DNA of 64,000 nucleotides from an uncultured cyanobacterium (GTDB lineage Bacteria; Cyanobacteriota; Cyanobacteriia; Cyanobacteriales; CAWCAG01): NCBI GenBank assembly GCA_963803805.1, contig CAWDOD010000004.1, positions 352,001 to 416,000 of the forward strand, read 5' to 3'. Shown piece by piece: positions 59,985 to 64,000 of this stretch (position 1 is its first letter; each line of letters starts with the position of its first letter). The notes under the pieces were generated by a model. It saw only the letters and a program-made list of their open reading frames with translations, ran no database searches and was not told where the DNA came from. The position numbers and the translations under genes were made by a program.

Positions 59985-60143
59985 ATGTATAAATTAGTTA
60001 TTGCCAATGTCATTGCCCCCACTTTCCTTTTCCACGGAAGAGTGACGGGGCTATTTATATTTATTGGCATTATTTTACTGGAATGGATTACTATTTGGTT
60101 CTTCTTCCCAGATAAATCATTTTTGTATCGCTTTTTTTGTTGA
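59985..60143 (+). pseudogene. Truncated tandem paralogue of the N-terminal TM region of 59046-59924
   Basis: MYKLVIANVIAPT...IGIILLEWITIWFFF versus IFANIAAPT...LSIIPLECLVLWLLF; stops after 52 codons. Confidence 0.6.
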
Positions 60144-60182
60144 TCCTTCTTTTAGTTTATCTGTGGGTAGCATTAGTTTTAT

Positions 60183-60240
60183 TGGGGGACTAGCCCCCAA
60201 ACCCCCCAGTGGGGAAACAAGTGTTTCCCCACACCCCTTC
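60183..60240. repeat. GC-rich double-hairpin small dispersed repeat
   Basis: TGGGGGACTAGCCCCCA and GTGGGGAAACAAGTGTTTCCCCAC hairpins. Confidence 0.55.
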
Positions 60241-60504
60241 CTAACCGCTTCGCTCTTGGTTAGTTGTGTTTGGCTGGCTAATTTGATGGTTGCTCTATCG
60301 TCGGAATTAGACTTGGTGGTAGGGCGCATTTGGACTTAGGCTCGTTGTGGGAAAGCTTATTTACTGATGGCTAAGAGGAAATAGCTTGATTCAATTTGGT
60401 TGAATGGCGAAGGCATAGAGCTTATATTAAATCCCAAAATAGAAGAACGCAAAAAGAAATTTATCTAGAAAACTCTCGCTTTACTAATGAATTTAAACAG
60501 TTAA

Positions 60505-61626
60505 ATGAATCTTAGACCAACTTTTAAAAATAGTTCCAAATTAAAACAACAAGTTATACTCTCCGGCATTTTTCTGTGTTCAATCATGGGCATCTGCCAC
60601 GGAATTGCTGATGCAACCGCAGGATTTTTATTAGGCAGCTTGGTAAATACAACTTCCTTAGAACAGACAAGTTGGTTGATCATCATCTACAATATTTTAG
60701 GCTTTGGTTATCAACCTGTTGCAGGAATGTATACTGATAAATTCCAATGTCCTCGCCAAGCTACTCTACTAGGATTACTTTCGTTATTGGCAAGTTTAGT
60801 TGTCGTAGGTTGGCAGCCACAATTAGCTGTAGCATTAGCAGGAATTGGCTCTGCTGCTTTTCATGTCGGGGGAGGGAGTTTAGCTTTGTCTGCAACTCCT
60901 AATCGTACCACTGGGCAAGGAATTTTCGCTGCTCCAGGAGTGGTGGGATTGGCTGTAGGGGGTGCTTTGGGATTGGAAGGTTACTCTTTCACCATGCCAC
61001 TGATTCTGTTCCTGGGAGTGATGATAGCCTTGGTTACTGTGATTAAGTTGCCAAGATTAGCCAAAATTGAAGTCGATAAGCCAGAGTTGCCAATGTCGGA
61101 AGAGTATGATTGGGTGATGCTAGTGCTGATTACGGCGATCGCACTCATTTCTACTGTTTGGACTAGTTTCCAATTCCTACTACAAGCCCATTTAATTTTT
61201 CTTATTGCTTTAGCGATCGCCGCAGCTATTGCCAAAATCTTGGGTGGCATCATAGCAGAATATTGGGGGTGGCAAGCCTGGATCGTAACTTCTCTATCCC
61301 TTGCCATACTGCTACTTTTATGGGGTCAAGAAAATCCCTTAACTTTACTCATCAGTCTAGGTTTACTTCAATCTACTGTACCGATCACCATAGCAGCAAC
61401 AGGGCGAATGATGCCCAACCAACCAGCCACTGCAGCCGGATTTGCTCTTGGGCTGGCTATTCTTATTGGTGGTATTCCCGTTGTTGCAGGTTTAAACATT
61501 GTCTCAGAAAACCCGGTGACTACCCTCACAAGCGGCAGATTGAACCTAATTGCAGCTTTACTAATCCTGACAACGATACTATCATTAAGCTGGGTTTTTC
61601 AATCAAAAGTTTTTCAAAGTTCCTAG
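60505..61626 (+). CDS. MFS-like integral membrane protein
   Basis: About 12 hydrophobic segments; HGIAD, YNILGF..QPVAG, SAAFHVGGG, GIFAAPG. Confidence 0.75.
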   Translation: MNLRPTFKNSSKLKQQVILSGIFLCSIMGICHGIADATAGFLLGSLVNTTSLEQTSWLIIIYNILGFGYQPVAGMYTDKFQCPRQATLLGLLSLLASLVVVGWQPQLAVALAGIGSAAFHVGGGSLALSATPNRTTGQGIFAAPGVVGLAVGGALGLEGYSFTMPLILFLGVMIALVTVIKLPRLAKIEVDKPELPMSEEYDWVMLVLITAIALISTVWTSFQFLLQAHLIFLIALAIAAAIAKILGGIIAEYWGWQAWIVTSLSLAILLLLWGQENPLTLLISLGLLQSTVPITIAATGRMMPNQPATAAGFALGLAILIGGIPVVAGLNIVSENPVTTLTSGRLNLIAALLILTTILSLSWVFQSKVFQSS

Positions 61627-61678
61627 CCCCCACGGCTTACTCCTACAAATAACCTGTGCAACTAAATACTGTTTAGTG

Positions 61679-62287
61679 TTATCTGCCTAAATAATTCTTC
61701 AAACTGTTATAATTTTGTCTTGCTAGATTATAATTGGGGTCGAGTTCCAAGGCTCTATCATAGGCCACTAAAGCTTGTTCATAAAGATTCAAATCGACTA
61801 AAGCAACTCCTAAGTTATTATAGGCTTGGGCTTTAGTCGCTTCGCCCCAATTAGCATCGGTGTCAATGGCAGTTGCACAAGCTATAGCTGCTTCTTGATG
61901 TCTGCCCAGATTGGTCAGGATAACACACTTGTTGTAGTAAGCTAGGGAATAGTTTGGTTTAAGTTCTAAAGCTTTATTGAGGGAATTAAGAGACTGTTGA
62001 TTTTGTCCCCTTTTACCCTGCTCTGCCCCTAAGTTAACCCAAAGCAAAGGTTCATTAGGATTTATATCAACAGCACGCTGACAAGCATCTAAGGACTCTT
62101 TTCCTGTTGTACTAACACAAATTTCCGCCCAATCAGCGAAATCATCACTTCCCTTTGCTAAAAGGCTATTACTAGGAAGATTTTTATGGCTAGCAGTTGG
62201 TTGTGAAATAACAGCATTACTACAAGGTTGCCAAGTAACTAGAAGTGCAACGGTGGTGATTCCGACAAAGCCAAGATTTTTTTTCAC
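61679..62287 (-). CDS. Secreted TPR-repeat protein
   Basis: Signal peptide; TPRs such as AYNNLGVALVDLNLYEQALVAYDRALELDP. Confidence 0.88.
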   Translation of the reverse strand: MKKNLGFVGITTVALLVTWQPCSNAVISQPTASHKNLPSNSLLAKGSDDFADWAEICVSTTGKESLDACQRAVDINPNEPLLWVNLGAEQGKRGQNQQSLNSLNKALELKPNYSLAYYNKCVILTNLGRHQEAAIACATAIDTDANWGEATKAQAYNNLGVALVDLNLYEQALVAYDRALELDPNYNLARQNYNSLKNYLGR

Positions 62288-62368
62288 GATTAGTAATTGT
62301 GATGTTTATGTTTGTTTATAAATACATTAAACTACACAAGGATTTCGGATTGGCTTAAAGTTGACACA

Positions 62369-63427
62369 CTACTCGGCATCATTGTTAAGATACCATTGCA
62401 CTGTTTTTCTAAGTCCTTCTTCAATAGTTACAGAAGGAGTCCAGCCTAATTCTGTTTTAATTTTACTTGAATCAATTGCGTAGCGGCGGTCGTGTCCTGG
62501 CCTATCTTTGACAAACTCGATTAAATTGTGGGCAGGGCTAACGGGCAAATCTGTAGCTAATTCATCCATTAACTGACAAATAACTTTCACCAAATCGATA
62601 TTTTTGACTTCATTATTGCCGCCAATATTATAAACTTCTCCTGGTTTACCTTGATGGATAACCAAATCCAAAGCTTGACAATGATCTAAAACATATAGCC
62701 AGTCTCTGACATTTTGTCCATCTCCATAAACTGGCAAAGGTTTACCTTGAAGAATATTTGTACAGATGAGAGGGATCAACTTTTCCGGAAATTGATAGGG
62801 GCCATAATTATTGGAACAGTTGGTAATTATGGTTGGTAGGTTGTAGGTATGGTAATAAGCACGGGCAAGGTGATCACTACCAGCTTTTGAGGCTGAGTAA
62901 GGGCTGTTGGGGGCATAGGGGGTGGTTTCCCTAAAAGGAGGATCTTTAGGGCTTAAACTACCGTAAACTTCATCTGTGGAGACATGGAGAAATAGTGCTG
63001 GGGATTCTGGTTGGTAGTAATGACGAAAGGCTTCGAGGAGAGTAAAAGTACCAAGCAGATTAGTTTTAATGAAAGCATCAGGGCCTACAATAGAACGGTC
63101 AACGTGGGATTCAGCAGCAAAGTGGGCGACGACATCAATGTTTTCTTCTTTGAGGAGATTGTCTACTAAATTGCGATCGCAGATGTTCCCTTTGACGAAG
63201 CGAAATTGTTCTTTTTCTTGCCAAGTTTTAAGGTTATCCAGATTTCCCGCATAGGTAAGAGCATCAAGAACAACTACCCGGTCTTGAGGATAATTATGAC
63301 ACCAATGATGCACAAAGTTAGAACCAATAAATCCTGCTCCTCCTGTAATTAACAAACGGTGTGATTTTCTTGATGAAGGATGGCTGTTTAGATTACTTTT
63401 CATAAAGCTATTGGGTATTAAGATCAC
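62369..63427 (-). CDS. rfbB: dTDP-glucose 4,6-dehydratase
   Basis: [41 protein letters not shown]. Confidence 0.96.
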   Translation of the reverse strand: MILIPNSFMKSNLNSHPSSRKSHRLLITGGAGFIGSNFVHHWCHNYPQDRVVVLDALTYAGNLDNLKTWQEKEQFRFVKGNICDRNLVDNLLKEENIDVVAHFAAESHVDRSIVGPDAFIKTNLLGTFTLLEAFRHYYQPESPALFLHVSTDEVYGSLSPKDPPFRETTPYAPNSPYSASKAGSDHLARAYYHTYNLPTIITNCSNNYGPYQFPEKLIPLICTNILQGKPLPVYGDGQNVRDWLYVLDHCQALDLVIHQGKPGEVYNIGGNNEVKNIDLVKVICQLMDELATDLPVSPAHNLIEFVKDRPGHDRRYAIDSSKIKTELGWTPSVTIEEGLRKTVQWYLNNDAE

Positions 63428-63629
63428 CTATTATGGCAAGCAGAAGGGATAATTAAACAAATTATGAATATCCTGCATTGTCGAGTATGACAATAGGGCA
63501 AAAAAAGCCAATGGACAACATAAGAGTAAAGACATCTTAATTATATTCAAATTAGGTTACTAGACTATTTCCGGCAAAGTGTAGCGATCGCCTATAATTT
63601 TGTAGTATTTTGACAACGCTATGCCAAAG

Positions 63630-64000
63630 TCAAAAACATTTTACAAATTCCTTTTTAATAAAAGGAGAAGTCATCGCTGCTAGAAGACCGCCGTAATCCA
63701 TGTTAAAATTTACTTCATCTCCAACCTGTAAATTGTGGTTATTGTTGTCGAGAATAATATGATCACTGCTAGAGCCGATAATTTCTAACTGAGAATTAGA
63801 CTTTAAGCTAGATACCATAACATCTTGTCTTCCCAAAGCAATTATTGCTCTTTTGCGAATGCCTTGATCTTGAAACGTAGGAACATTGCCAAAAGCATCT
63901 TGACATCTTTCCCCTGTTGGTAAAGACGGTTTCTTCTTGGATTCAATAACTTCAGCAACCAATTGAAATGCACTAGTATGTAAGCCGGTAATTACTTTTC
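63630..64000 (-). CDS. C-terminal part of an alanine/ornithine racemase-family PLP protein (starts beyond the window)
   Basis: AEVIE...KPSLP.G...QDAFG, RAIIALGRQDV, GSSSDHII, YGGLLAAMTSPF. Confidence 0.8.
   Translation of the reverse strand, partial: KVITGLHTSAFQLVAEVIESKKKPSLPTGERCQDAFGNVPTFQDQGIRKRAIIALGRQDVMVSSLKSNSQLEIIGSSSDHIILDNNNHNLQVGDEVNFNMDYGGLLAAMTSPFIKKEFVKCF

Noticed and set aside
60064-60339. Overlapping 91-aa and 70-aa ORFs
   Set aside because: Both read through a GC-rich palindromic repeat and lack coding hallmarks

Overview
Chromosomal window from a cyanobacterium. The evidence is more than 30 HIP1 GCGATCGC octamers counted by eye, heptamer STRR-like repeats, nblB, a CpcS/CpeS lyase and petC. 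A housekeeping backbone (sugar ABC genes, plsC, murT-like ligase, photolyase, sat, dcd, intein-containing thyX, rtcB, thiE/thiS, a 7-gene mrp/mnh antiporter cluster, putA, rfbB) is interrupted by accessory patches. These are: (i) a two-gene module of membrane-anchored STAND-like P-loop ATPases (14459-17995); (ii) a Crp/Fnr-DUF2892-petC2 module with an atypical 15-bp Crp-type box at about -42, lying between a MITE and an IS701 remnant; (iii) two toxin-antitoxin patches with a chimeric or non-canonical antitoxin; (iv) an IS701/IS1-scarred block with truncated RTX and peroxidase genes and a WD40 protein with near-identical repeats; (v) a Lys-rich SLH surface protein followed by a PhyH dioxygenase-APH kinase fusion. 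Several items missing from the ORF track were read by hand: two MITE families, REP-doublet elements, two pseudogenes fused at a HIP1 site, a 51-bp duplicated gene start, a truncated pilin-gene paralogue, and matching +1 G frameshifts in phrA and dcd. No rRNA, tRNA or CRISPR array was seen. All family calls are from motif recognition; no database search was run.
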